64,000 nt of DNA from Candidatus Moraniibacteriota bacterium (GTDB lineage Bacteria > Patescibacteriota > Minisyncoccia > Moranbacterales > DUUL01): NCBI GenBank assembly GCA_027008775.1, contig JALVDV010000007.1, forward strand, positions 5,797 to 69,796, written 5' to 3'. The position numbers were made by a program, and so were the translations under genes. Of this stretch, positions 28,723-37,584 are shown one piece after another. Under the pieces are notes generated by a model. That model did no database searches. It was given only the letters and a program-made list of their open reading frames with translations, and had not been told where the DNA came from. The stretch's first letter is position 1, and each line of letters opens with the position of its first letter.

Positions 28723-29685
28723 ATGTTGAAAAATTTTAAAAGAGAAATTGGTTTCGGTTGGCGCGATTTGGTTTTTGTGATCGTTGGCTTGATTGTTTTT
28801 GTTTTTTTGTTGATTAAGGTATTTGCTGTTTTACCGACAAATAATCATTTAAAGCTTGCCCCAAGAGCCACTCCCGATTATGCGTCAACCGGTAAAATCT
28901 CGGCAGAAACAATCCGGAAAGAATCTTCATCCGTTAACCCGTTGCCTGCTCCAGGATTGGCTAATGGCACATTATTGACGGAGGTTGAAAGTGATAAGAA
29001 AAATTTTGCAAGAAAAATAGTGAAAAATGGCAACATTAAATTGCAAGTTGATGATGCGCTTGCAACCGCCGAAAAAATCCAGGAAATAGTGAAAGGATTT
29101 TCCGGAGATCTTTTGAATAGTAGCAGTTCCAAAAATCGGTACGGAAGCCGGCAAGTTTTTCTTTTCTTTCAAGTGCCGGCGGACAAGTTTGAAGAAGCTC
29201 GTCGGGCCATTAAGAATTCCGGCGGAGAAGTTCTGGCGGACAGTGTCAATACCAGTGATGTGACGGCGGAATACGTTGATTTGGAAGCTCGCTTAAAAAA
29301 TAAGAGGTTGGAGGAAGAAACTTTCCAAAAGATGTTGGACAAAGCGAAGACAGTGGATGAGATTTTGAAAATAACTAGAGAAATAAACAGGGTGAGAGGA
29401 GAAATTGATCGCTTGGAAGGGCGAAAGAAATATTTAAATTCTCAAACGGCTATGTCCAGAATCAGTGTGGAGATCACGGAATTTGTAAAAGCCGGTCCGG
29501 GGGAATATAAGTGGAAACCGGCGCGGAGTTGGCAGAGGGCTTTGCATAAGTTGGTATTGGTTAGTCAAAAGGTGGCGGATGCGGTGATTGAGTTTGTGGT
29601 GGTTGATTTACCGTTTATTGTTGCCGGTTTAATCTTACTTTGGCTTTTGTGGAGAGGTGGTAAAATTATTAAAAATCGTTTTTAG
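28723..29685 (+). CDS. bitopic membrane protein with a coiled-coil ectodomain and a C-terminal TM (DUF4349-like)
   Basis: N-terminal TM (LVFVIVGLIVFVFLLI), central coiled-coil (EARLKNKRLEEE...EIDRLEGRKKYL), C-terminal TM (LPFIVAGLILLWLLW). Confidence 0.4.
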   Translation: MLKNFKREIGFGWRDLVFVIVGLIVFVFLLIKVFAVLPTNNHLKLAPRATPDYASTGKISAETIRKESSSVNPLPAPGLANGTLLTEVESDKKNFARKIVKNGNIKLQVDDALATAEKIQEIVKGFSGDLLNSSSSKNRYGSRQVFLFFQVPADKFEEARRAIKNSGGEVLADSVNTSDVTAEYVDLEARLKNKRLEEETFQKMLDKAKTVDEILKITREINRVRGEIDRLEGRKKYLNSQTAMSRISVEITEFVKAGPGEYKWKPARSWQRALHKLVLVSQKVADAVIEFVVVDLPFIVAGLILLWLLWRGGKIIKNRF

Positions 29686-29916
29686 GTCGCTTGCGTAGTT
29701 GGTTTTAAAACAATTTTGAGGAAATATTGGGGTTAATTGATTGAAACGGCTTCATCTTGAAGTTAATATTTCCAGAGATAGTATTTCCAGAGTCATTTAA
29801 ACTGAAAATACGGTGGTGTGAAAATTTTGCCGAGATGACACCATTGTTTCCTGTCGGGGGTATTGTTTATTTTTTCCGGTCCGGTCTTTTGTCTTTTTTG
29901 TTTTTGTGGTTATTAT

Positions 29917-29946
29917 CCGAAAAACTTTCTATTTTCGGTTTTTTGT
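29917..29946 (+). terminator. intrinsic terminator ccgaaaa-acuuucua-uuuucgg followed by UUUUUUG
   Basis: 7-bp stem plus T-run at the end of the pilus operon. It lies inside the N-terminal extension of ORF 29906..30862, which argues for the later start at 30002. Confidence 0.5.
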
Positions 29947-30001
29947 GCTACTTTGGGAATTAACCCGGGCTGTTTTGTTTTTTGCCGTTAATTTGAATGT
30001 T

Positions 30002-30862
30002 ATGGAGAATTTTTCTTTGAAGGAGTATGTGGATAATCAATTGAAATTTCGTCTGATTCAATCGGAAGTGAACCGAAAACTTTCTTGGAGGTTGTTGTTG
30101 AACAAAGAGGCCAATTGGAAAGAAAGAACATTGGCCGTGTTTAATCTTCTGACTCATTTGTTGCCGGAAAAAACTGTGCGGCGGTGGCGCAATGTTTTAC
30201 GTCAAAAGGATTTAAGCAAATTGCCGTTTAAGAAGGATTTTATTATTCACCGGGTTCAACTGGGTGAAGGTTTTTACAAAGATGTTCATTTATTGGAAGC
30301 CAAAAATAAGGAAGAAAAATCTTACGTGGTAAAAATTGAGTATAGTGAAGGATTCAAAAAGCTTTCTTTAAAAGAAGCCGAAGAAATAGCTCAAGAGGAG
30401 AAATGGGAATATCGTCTTTTGCGTGAATATTATAAAATAGACGATTTTATTCCCGAAGAACTGGTTTTGTTGGCGGAAGCTTCAAAGGACGGAGGTCCGG
30501 CGGTGATTACTTTACAGGCTTTTGCCGGGTATGATTTGCGGGATATTTTTGAAGAAATTGGCAAAAAAGAATTAGAAAAGAAATTGCTGTCAAATAAGAA
30601 GTTGAGGGAATCTTTTTTGCGATTCGTAGAAAAGACGGATAACTGGTTGACTAAGAAGGATATAATGGTGGATTTGACGGGAAAGAAAAATATTGTTTTG
30701 GCTGTTGATGAAAATGGACGGGATGTTTTGAAGTTTCTTGATCCTCACTCCATCAGGTATTTTTCCAAGGATAAAGAAGAAAGACCGGAGAGAACGGAAA
30801 TTTTTTTGAAGAAATTGGAATATCTCAAATCAATTTATGAGGAAGTTAAAAATGAGGAATGA
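30002..30862 (+). CDS. hypothetical protein with a protein-kinase-like (PKL) fold. Putative atypical kinase.
   Basis: - G-loop-like LGEGFYKDV
- VAIK-like SYVVKIEY
- acidic helix (EAEEIAQEEKWEY)
- catalytic-loop-like MVDLTGKKNIVLAVDENG
- DFG-like KFLD
Spacings are consistent with Kdo-kinase/RIO-type PKLs. Confidence 0.45.
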   Translation: MENFSLKEYVDNQLKFRLIQSEVNRKLSWRLLLNKEANWKERTLAVFNLLTHLLPEKTVRRWRNVLRQKDLSKLPFKKDFIIHRVQLGEGFYKDVHLLEAKNKEEKSYVVKIEYSEGFKKLSLKEAEEIAQEEKWEYRLLREYYKIDDFIPEELVLLAEASKDGGPAVITLQAFAGYDLRDIFEEIGKKELEKKLLSNKKLRESFLRFVEKTDNWLTKKDIMVDLTGKKNIVLAVDENGRDVLKFLDPHSIRYFSKDKEERPERTEIFLKKLEYLKSIYEEVKNEE

Positions 30863-30912
30863 CGAGAACGGTTTTGTTGATTTAAGGTTATTTGGAAAAA
30901 GATAAGTAAATT

Positions 30913-32373
30913 TTGACGGTTGTGATTATGAATGAATTTAAAAGAGTTTATATTGTTGGTATTGAAGGAGCCGGTACTTCCGCTTTGGCCGGTATTTTGA
31001 GGGTGCAAGGTAAAGAAGTGGTTGGCTCAGATGAAGGTGATCATTTCTATTATGATGTTCTGCGGCGGCAAGGAATAAAAGTATTTCATCGTTTTGATAA
31101 GGATAATCCTCGGCGAGCTTTTGCCGGTCAAAAAATTGATTTGGTGATTTATTCCACTGTTTTTTCGCAGAAGGATAATGTGGAGTTGCGGGAGATAAAG
31201 AAAAAGAAATTAGCCAAAGTGGTTTGGGAGTACCCGCGGGCTTTGGCGGAGGTTTTCAACAGGGCCGGTTTTGGCATAGCTGTTTGCGGCACCCATGGGA
31301 AGACAACCACTACGGCCATGTTGGGAACCGTTTTGCAAAAGCTGGGGTTAGCGCCGACTGTTTTAGTGGGAGCCAAGGTTTTGGAGTGGGGCAGTAATTG
31401 TTTGGTTGGGAATCGTAAGGACTCAATTTTGCTTGGTTCGCAAAAAATGGATTCTTGTACTGATTGTTTTGTGATTGAAGCGGATGAGTATCAGAATAAA
31501 TTACGCTATTATCAGCCACGGGCGGTGATTTTGACGAGTGTGGATTACGACCATCCGGATTTTTTCAAAAGCGAGGAGGAGTACAAACAAGTTTTCAAAG
31601 ATTTTGTGGCTAAAATTCCGGCAGACGGATTTTTAGTAGCTTACGCGGGAGACAAGAATGTAGTTGAAGTTTCCCGGAGCGCTTCTTGCGAAGTGGTTTT
31701 CTATGACAAGTTGGCGGCCAAGGATATCTTGTTAGGTGATGATTTTTGCAGTTTGTCTGAGTGTCGGGGGCGAACCTTCGGTTGTTGTCCGGCAGGCAAA
31801 GAGAGTCAAGACAAAATTCGTTTGTTTGGCGAACATAATCTGCTGAATGCCATGGCTGTTTTTCGCTTGGCGCAAAAGTTGAATCTGGATTTGGATAAGG
31901 TGAAAAAAATTTTACGGGAATTTCGGGGGACGGCCAGGCGCTTTGAAATAAAGGGAGAGTTTCAGGGAGCGTTGATTGTTGATGATTACGCTCATCACCC
32001 GGCGGAAATTAGGGCGACTTTAAAAATGGTCAAGGAGAGATATCCGAATAAAGTTTTGAAGGTGATTTTTCACCCGCACACTTTCAGTCGGACTGAGGCT
32101 TTGTTGAGCGAATTTGTTGACAGTTTTAAGTTGGCAGATGAAATTTATTTTTTGGATATTTTCGGTTCGGCCAGAGAAAGGGAGGGAAAAGTGGATAGTG
32201 ATGATCTGGTGGCTTCGGCCAGAAAAAAATATCCGGAGAAGCGAGTGGAAAATTTACAGACGATTGAAAAGGCAGTTGAGTATTTTCGGAAAAATCTTGG
32301 TCGCGATGATATTTTACTGACTATGGGCGCCGGCGATGTTTACTTGGTAGCGGAGAAATTACTTAAATTCTAA
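30913..32373 (+). CDS. murC: UDP-N-acetylmuramate--L-alanine ligase MurC
   Basis: N-terminal VYIVGIEGAGTSALAGIL...GSDEGD, P-loop GTHGKTTTTAML, Mur ligase middle and C domains, ~486 aa. Confidence 0.8.
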   Translation: MTVVIMNEFKRVYIVGIEGAGTSALAGILRVQGKEVVGSDEGDHFYYDVLRRQGIKVFHRFDKDNPRRAFAGQKIDLVIYSTVFSQKDNVELREIKKKKLAKVVWEYPRALAEVFNRAGFGIAVCGTHGKTTTTAMLGTVLQKLGLAPTVLVGAKVLEWGSNCLVGNRKDSILLGSQKMDSCTDCFVIEADEYQNKLRYYQPRAVILTSVDYDHPDFFKSEEEYKQVFKDFVAKIPADGFLVAYAGDKNVVEVSRSASCEVVFYDKLAAKDILLGDDFCSLSECRGRTFGCCPAGKESQDKIRLFGEHNLLNAMAVFRLAQKLNLDLDKVKKILREFRGTARRFEIKGEFQGALIVDDYAHHPAEIRATLKMVKERYPNKVLKVIFHPHTFSRTEALLSEFVDSFKLADEIYFLDIFGSAREREGKVDSDDLVASARKKYPEKRVENLQTIEKAVEYFRKNLGRDDILLTMGAGDVYLVAEKLLKF

Positions 32374-32383
32374 GGCATAGCCA

Positions 32384-33577
32384 ATGATGCGGAGAAAATA
32401 CTTTTATTGGTTTGTTTTGCTTTTATTTCTTGGTGTTCCGGTTGTGTTTATTCTTTACCAAAGTGTTTTTTTATCCAGGTTGGTTGGCGGAGATTATTTT
32501 CAAGAATACAGTGATTTAGAAGCGAAGAAAATGGAGGTTTTAGGTAGAAGTGACCTCAGGAAAGAAATAAATCAGCATAGCTTGTTCACCGTCGGAAAGA
32601 GAAGGGATGATAAAGTAGTCAAGCAAGTTCTGGTAACAAATTCGCCGAAAATTTTGTTTTTGGGGGATTTGATGTTGGATCGGCAGAATAGGATTTTGTT
32701 GGACAGAAAAGGCGCGGGATTTTTTACAGAGAAAATAGAACACTTGTTTTGGGGTCAAGATCTGAATATAGCTAACTTGGAGGGCCCAATTACCACTCGG
32801 TCATCGCTTTCCGTTGGTCAGCCGGTGGAAAATCCCAATCATTTTCGTTTCACTTTTAAACCCAGGGAAACTATCAATTTTTTACAGGCCAATCGGATAA
32901 ACTTGGTAAATCTTGGTAATAATCATATTCTTAATTTCGGCTCTAAGGGATTGGAGCAGACGGAGGAAGTTTTAACTAAAAACAACATTGATTATTTTGG
33001 AGATCCTCTGGATTTAACCAGAATGAGTATCGTAAAGAGGGTGGGAGAATGGAGAATCGGTTTTGTAAATTATAATCAGTTTGTCGGTTTTTCCTCGGAA
33101 CAAGTTGTTGAGATAATTAAAAGTTTAAAAACGAAGAGTGATTTTGTAATTGTTTATTCTCACTGGGGGGAGGAATATAAATTGGTTAACAATGCTCGCC
33201 AACAGCAATTAGCTCATCAATTTATTGAAGCCGGCGCCGATTTGATTGTCGGCAGTCACCCCCATGTTGTTCAGTCAATAGAAGTTTACCGAGGGAAGGC
33301 TATTTTTTATTCCTTGGGAAATTTTGTTTTTGACCAATATTTCTCCAAGGATGTTCGTTCGGAACTGGCGCTTCTGCTGACAATAAAGAATGGACGATTT
33401 GAGTTTACTTTGCTACCATTGTTTAGGCAGAATAATGGACAGTTGGTTTTGATGGAAGGCGCACAAAGAAAAGATTTTCTAGCCGGTTTGGCGGAGAGAT
33501 CTTCGCTGGAGAAGGAAATTAAAAAAGAAATTAAAGAAGGTGTTTTTATATTGTCGGGCAAGAAAATTAAAGACTGA
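32384..33577 (+). CDS. CapA/PgsA-family metallophosphoesterase (poly-gamma-glutamate/capsule synthesis protein)
   Basis: ILFLGDLMLDR...NIANLEGPIT...GNNHILNFG...SHWGEEY...GSHPHVV (PGA_cap signature). N-terminal TM anchor. Confidence 0.8.
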   Translation: MMRRKYFYWFVLLLFLGVPVVFILYQSVFLSRLVGGDYFQEYSDLEAKKMEVLGRSDLRKEINQHSLFTVGKRRDDKVVKQVLVTNSPKILFLGDLMLDRQNRILLDRKGAGFFTEKIEHLFWGQDLNIANLEGPITTRSSLSVGQPVENPNHFRFTFKPRETINFLQANRINLVNLGNNHILNFGSKGLEQTEEVLTKNNIDYFGDPLDLTRMSIVKRVGEWRIGFVNYNQFVGFSSEQVVEIIKSLKTKSDFVIVYSHWGEEYKLVNNARQQQLAHQFIEAGADLIVGSHPHVVQSIEVYRGKAIFYSLGNFVFDQYFSKDVRSELALLLTIKNGRFEFTLLPLFRQNNGQLVLMEGAQRKDFLAGLAERSSLEKEIKKEIKEGVFILSGKKIKD

Positions 33578-33597
33578 AAGAGCATTAAATTGGATAT

Positions 33598-34089
33598 ATG
33601 AAAAAACTTTTTGTAAAAAAGAGATTGGATTCATTGAAAGAAACCAAAAAATGGGCGCGAGAATTCTTGAGAGATTTGAAAAGAGAGGCCGACAAAATAA
33701 ACGTGGTTTTTCTGCAGGGAGACTTGGGTGCCGGCAAAACCACCTTCAGTCGTTTTTTATTGGAGGAATTGGGAGCGACTGGTCCTTTTACTTCGCCGAC
33801 TTTTGTGATAATGAAAGAATATGAGTTGAAACGGCCAGAGAAAATGGAGAAGGACGATTTAGTTTGGGAAAAAATTTGTCATTGGGATTGTTACCGGGTG
33901 GATGCCAAGACGGTGCTGGATTTGGGTTGGTGGGAGCAGGTGACCGATAGAAAAAATTTGCTGTTGGTGGAATGGCCGGAAAAAATCAGTGAGATTTGGC
34001 CGGAGAATTATTGGTTGTTAAAATTCAGTCACGACGGAGAGATGGCGCGAATGGTGAGAGTGGAAAAGGTTTTGGCAAATGAAAATTAA
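33598..34089 (+). CDS. tsaE: tRNA threonylcarbamoyladenosine biosynthesis protein TsaE
   Basis: P-loop GDLGAGKTTFSR, ~160 aa, conserved C-terminal W/E-rich motif. Confidence 0.8.
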   Translation: MKKLFVKKRLDSLKETKKWAREFLRDLKREADKINVVFLQGDLGAGKTTFSRFLLEELGATGPFTSPTFVIMKEYELKRPEKMEKDDLVWEKICHWDCYRVDAKTVLDLGWWEQVTDRKNLLLVEWPEKISEIWPENYWLLKFSHDGEMARMVRVEKVLANEN

Positions 34090-34131
34090 TTTTTTTGGAA
34101 GAGAGGAGCTTAATCGTTAAATTAAATTTTT

Positions 34132-34776
34132 ATGGAGCTAAAAGAATTTTTAAATCTTGTTCGCAGGGAAAAATTTGTTTTTTTCGGTCTTTGGGCGACG
34201 ATTGTTTGTCTGGCTTTATTCACTCTTTATGTTCAGCCCAAACAATATCAGGTGGAAAGCAGTTTTGTGTTGGGACGGCAACAGGTGAAAAATGAAAAGG
34301 CAACCTCTGGCGAAGGGGAAAAATATGATTATTATTACCAACTGGAAGCAAATAAAAGATTGGTGGAGATGATGATAAATCTTTTGTCGGATGAAAGTTT
34401 CCAGGAAAAAGTTTTTTCCGGTCAGATTAAATCTATTCCAAGCGGGGAAAAAAAATTCATAATTAAACACTGGCGAGGCAAGAAAGGGGGCGCCGGTTAT
34501 TTCAGGGTTTATGTGGTTGGTCACAATTTGGAGCAAACAGGCTTGGTTGCGGAGGCGATAGGGAAGGAGTTTAAGGAATTTATTGGTGATATCAATAGTA
34601 AACAGAGCAATTTTATCGTCTTGAAAAGTGGAAAGCCGGTCGCGCAAGAGAAAACCAAACCCTACTCATTGACAATGCTTACCTCCTTTTTGTTTGGATT
34701 GTTGGTTAGTTTAGTTTTTGTTCTGTTGAAGGATTATTTGCGAGAGAATGTTAAAAGTGATGTGGACAAGAAATAA
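34132..34776 (+). CDS. Wzz-like polysaccharide chain-length determinant (short form)
   Basis: N-terminus ELKEFLNLVRREKFVFFGLWATIVCLALFTLYVQPKQYQVESSFVLG is Wzz-like, plus a C-terminal TM. Sits beside a GT1 glycosyltransferase. Confidence 0.5.
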   Translation: MELKEFLNLVRREKFVFFGLWATIVCLALFTLYVQPKQYQVESSFVLGRQQVKNEKATSGEGEKYDYYYQLEANKRLVEMMINLLSDESFQEKVFSGQIKSIPSGEKKFIIKHWRGKKGGAGYFRVYVVGHNLEQTGLVAEAIGKEFKEFIGDINSKQSNFIVLKSGKPVAQEKTKPYSLTMLTSFLFGLLVSLVFVLLKDYLRENVKSDVDKK

Positions 34777-34818
34777 TTTCCGTGCTTATTTGGAAGAGCT
34801 GTTTAGAAGCAAAAATAA

Positions 34819-36003
34819 ATGTTTATGAAAAAAGAGAAAAGAAGGAAAGACAAGGTTAGAATAATTGGTGTGGACGGGCGTTGTTTGTTGGATGCAAATT
34901 ATACCGGTGTCAGTGAGTACACCGTTTTTTTATTGAAGAAAATTTTGCGTGATTATCCCAACTATCGCTTGCGAGTATTTGTAAACAGTTTTCATAAGGT
35001 TGAGTTGAAAAAAAAACTGCCTTGGCTTTATCGTTCGCAACGGGTGGAGGTCAAGTACTACAGAATTCCCAATAAATTATTAAATTTTTCCTTTTGGTTT
35101 TTCGGTTGGCCGAAATTGGATAAGCTCTTGGGTGGAGTTGATTTGTTATTGGTTCCCAATATTTCTTTCTTGGCGGTCAGTAAAGATGTTTTTTTTATCT
35201 TGACACTTCATGATTTATCTTTTGAGAGATGGCCGGAAACTTTTTCTCGCAAAAGACGTTGGTGGCATTTTTTTGTCAATCCCAGAAGGTTGGCGCAGAG
35301 AGCGAATGAAATTTGGACAGTTTCCGATTCTACCAAATCAGATTTGGTTGATCTTTATGGTGTGCAAAAAGAAAAAGTGAAGGTAAAGAATTTATTTGAG
35401 GCAAAAATTATTTCAGGTCCGAATAAATTGGATGAAAGAAGAAAGAGGGAGGTGAGAAAGAAATATAACCTCCCGGATAAATTTGCTTTGTACTTAGGAA
35501 CAATTGAGCCGAGGAAAAATATTCTAACTTTGTTAAAAACATTTGTTTATTTGTGGGAAAAGAAATTAATTGACCAACGTTGTAAATTGGTCTTGGCCGG
35601 ACAGCTTGGCTGGAAGTACGGAGAAGTGGTTAAGTTTATTGAAAAATCCTCTTGGCGACGAAATATCATCCTAACCGAATTTATTGAAAGCAAAGACAAG
35701 AGATGCTTGTATGCGATGGCTGAACTCTTTGTTTATCCTTCTCTGTTTGAAGGTTTCGGTATTCCGGTTTTGGAAGCGATGGCTATGGGAACGCCGGTGA
35801 TAACGGGAGACAACTCATCTTTGCCGGAAGTTGTTGGTTCGGCCGGTATAATGGTTGACGTGGAAAGAATTGATGAGTTGGCGGAGGCAATCAGGTTGAT
35901 TCTCAATAACCCTCATTTAGCTGATTACTATCGGCGGAAAGGTAGACGACAGGCGCAGATAATAAATGACCGGAGCGCTAAAACAAAGCTTTTTGCCGAT
36001 TGA
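34819..36003 (+). CDS. family GT1 (GT4-type) glycosyltransferase
   Basis: EGFGIPVLEAMAMGTPVITGDNSSLPEV (the E-x7-E GT-B motif). Confidence 0.8.
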   Translation: MFMKKEKRRKDKVRIIGVDGRCLLDANYTGVSEYTVFLLKKILRDYPNYRLRVFVNSFHKVELKKKLPWLYRSQRVEVKYYRIPNKLLNFSFWFFGWPKLDKLLGGVDLLLVPNISFLAVSKDVFFILTLHDLSFERWPETFSRKRRWWHFFVNPRRLAQRANEIWTVSDSTKSDLVDLYGVQKEKVKVKNLFEAKIISGPNKLDERRKREVRKKYNLPDKFALYLGTIEPRKNILTLLKTFVYLWEKKLIDQRCKLVLAGQLGWKYGEVVKFIEKSSWRRNIILTEFIESKDKRCLYAMAELFVYPSLFEGFGIPVLEAMAMGTPVITGDNSSLPEVVGSAGIMVDVERIDELAEAIRLILNNPHLADYYRRKGRRQAQIINDRSAKTKLFAD

Positions 36004-36210
36004 TTATTTTAGGTGAAATTTTTGATTTGCGATGGAAAAATGATTCTGATTTGACATTTTTCTGTTTTTGTGTTATCTTTGGGAAGTTATCAGAGTTCTT
36101 GAAGCGGGTGGAAATTGTTGTTTTAGGGCAAGTGGGTAGGATAATTTGTCGGGAGGCAAGAAGTTTTGCAGAGAGTAAAGTGAAACTTTTAATTAGAAGG
36201 TGAAGTATAG

Positions 36211-36219
36211 TGGTATAAT
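36211..36219 (+). promoter_or_regulatory. extended -10 promoter TGgTATAAT, 14 nt before the ATG (near-leaderless transcript)
   Basis: Seen directly. No SD sequence. Confidence 0.35.
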
Positions 36220-36232
36220 TTATTTTTGAAGA

Positions 36233-37327
36233 ATGAAGAAAATTACGGAAAAAGAGTGGCGGAGGGCAACAGATTTGTTCTTAAATGAACTAAGCGAGAG
36301 ACAAAGAAAATTAGTTTCTCGCCGTTTTGGTTTACAGAATAAAAAAGCGCGGACATTGGCCGCCATCGGTAGAAGTGAGGGAGTGTCCAGAGAACGTGTC
36401 AGGCAGATTGTGACCGGCGCTTTGAGAAAACTTAAAAAGAAAATAGAAAGAGCCGGAGAGAATGAAGAGAAAAAAGAGTTTTACAAAACGATTCTTGGGA
36501 GAATTGAGGAAGAGGGCGGAGTTATTGGCCGGAATGTTCTTTTGCGAGAAACATTGTCTGATAAGACGACTCTGTCGCGGGCGAAGCGAGCGGGAATGAT
36601 TAGTTTTATTTTAAGTTCTTTGCCCGGTTTGCAATACAAAAAACCTTCCGTTCGTTTTGGTGAGTTGTGGTATTTGCCTCAGGCCAAAGATTTTGTTACT
36701 AAAGTTGATCGTTTTCATAATGATTTGGTTGCTTATTTTGAAAAGCAGCAGAGGCCTTATACTTTTGCCAAGTTGCGAAAGGAATTCGGATCTTATGCAA
36801 AGGCTTATGCAGAAAAAGGAATTAAAAAATTAGAGATTGACAAAAAGAAGCTAGGGTTGCTTTTGCGGGAAAGTTATCTTTTAGGAGAGAATATTTTGGG
36901 GCAATGGGGATTAGCGAAGTGGAAGATTGTTAGGCCGACGGCTGTCAGGGAGAAAGCTTATTTGGTTTTCAAAAAAGAGAGGGAGCCTTTGCATTTTAGA
37001 GCGCTGACGACACGGATTAACAAGTACTGGAGTAGTGGCAGGCGCGCTTTGCCGCAAACGGTGCATAACGCCATTATTAAATATCCGGAGTTTGTGGTGG
37101 TTGATTTGGGGACCTACGGCTTAAAGGAATGGTTGTATGAAGAAAATGATATTCGGCAGAGGTTACTGGATTTTTTTGAGAAAAACAAAAAGGCCTCCAT
37201 TGAGGAATTAGTGAGTTCTTTGAAGAAAACAAAAGAAAGCAGGGTTCGTCTGGAAATCACTTTGCGAGCAATACTGCACAGAGAAAAGATGTTTATTCGC
37301 CGAAATGGTAAATATATGGTAAAATAG
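36233..37327 (+). CDS. DNA-binding protein with an N-terminal sigma-70 region-4 HTH and a C-terminal HARE-HTH-like domain
   Basis: - LSERQRKLVSRRFGL...TLAAIGRSEGVSRERVRQIVTGALRKLKK is sigma70_r4-like.
- EPLHFRALTTRINKYW...LPQTVHNAIIKYPEFVVVDLGTYGLKEW is HARE-HTH-like. Confidence 0.55.
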   Translation: MKKITEKEWRRATDLFLNELSERQRKLVSRRFGLQNKKARTLAAIGRSEGVSRERVRQIVTGALRKLKKKIERAGENEEKKEFYKTILGRIEEEGGVIGRNVLLRETLSDKTTLSRAKRAGMISFILSSLPGLQYKKPSVRFGELWYLPQAKDFVTKVDRFHNDLVAYFEKQQRPYTFAKLRKEFGSYAKAYAEKGIKKLEIDKKKLGLLLRESYLLGENILGQWGLAKWKIVRPTAVREKAYLVFKKEREPLHFRALTTRINKYWSSGRRALPQTVHNAIIKYPEFVVVDLGTYGLKEWLYEENDIRQRLLDFFEKNKKASIEELVSSLKKTKESRVRLEITLRAILHREKMFIRRNGKYMVK

Positions 37328-37500
37328 TCTTGGCGTAGAACTTATCTATGGTTTTCCCTTTCTAATGTTCAGTTAGGCTTTCTGGATGTTATTTTCTATC
37401 TGGTGTTTGAGGCTTCGTTGATTGAAAAAGGAGTCAAACATGTGTCTGAAAATAATATTCAAAAGGCTTGGCGGATAAAGGGTTTGAAATGATGACTCCG
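37317..37500 (+). promoter_or_regulatory. extended -10 (TGgTAAAAT, 37317-37325) plus conserved leader element copy A (~37368-37500)
   Basis: ~80% identical over ~130 nt to 42122-42265 (GGATGTTATTTT..TGGTGTTTGA..GTTGATTGAA..AAGTCAAA..GTCyGAAAATAA..TCAAAAAGCTTG). The minus-strand ORFs covering it are presumed spurious. Confidence 0.5.
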
Positions 37501-37584
37501 AATGAATTGACGACGAGGGCAGTAGGAAACGGAGCGGTATTTTCTCTTGCTTGTCTTGTTTTTTGGAAATTGTCAAAATAAAAT

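Noticed and set aside
33540-34295. Small ORFs 33540..33824 (+), 34095..34295 (+), 34216..34647 (-)
   Set aside because: They overlap or are antisense to tsaE and the Wzz-like gene and carry no motifs.
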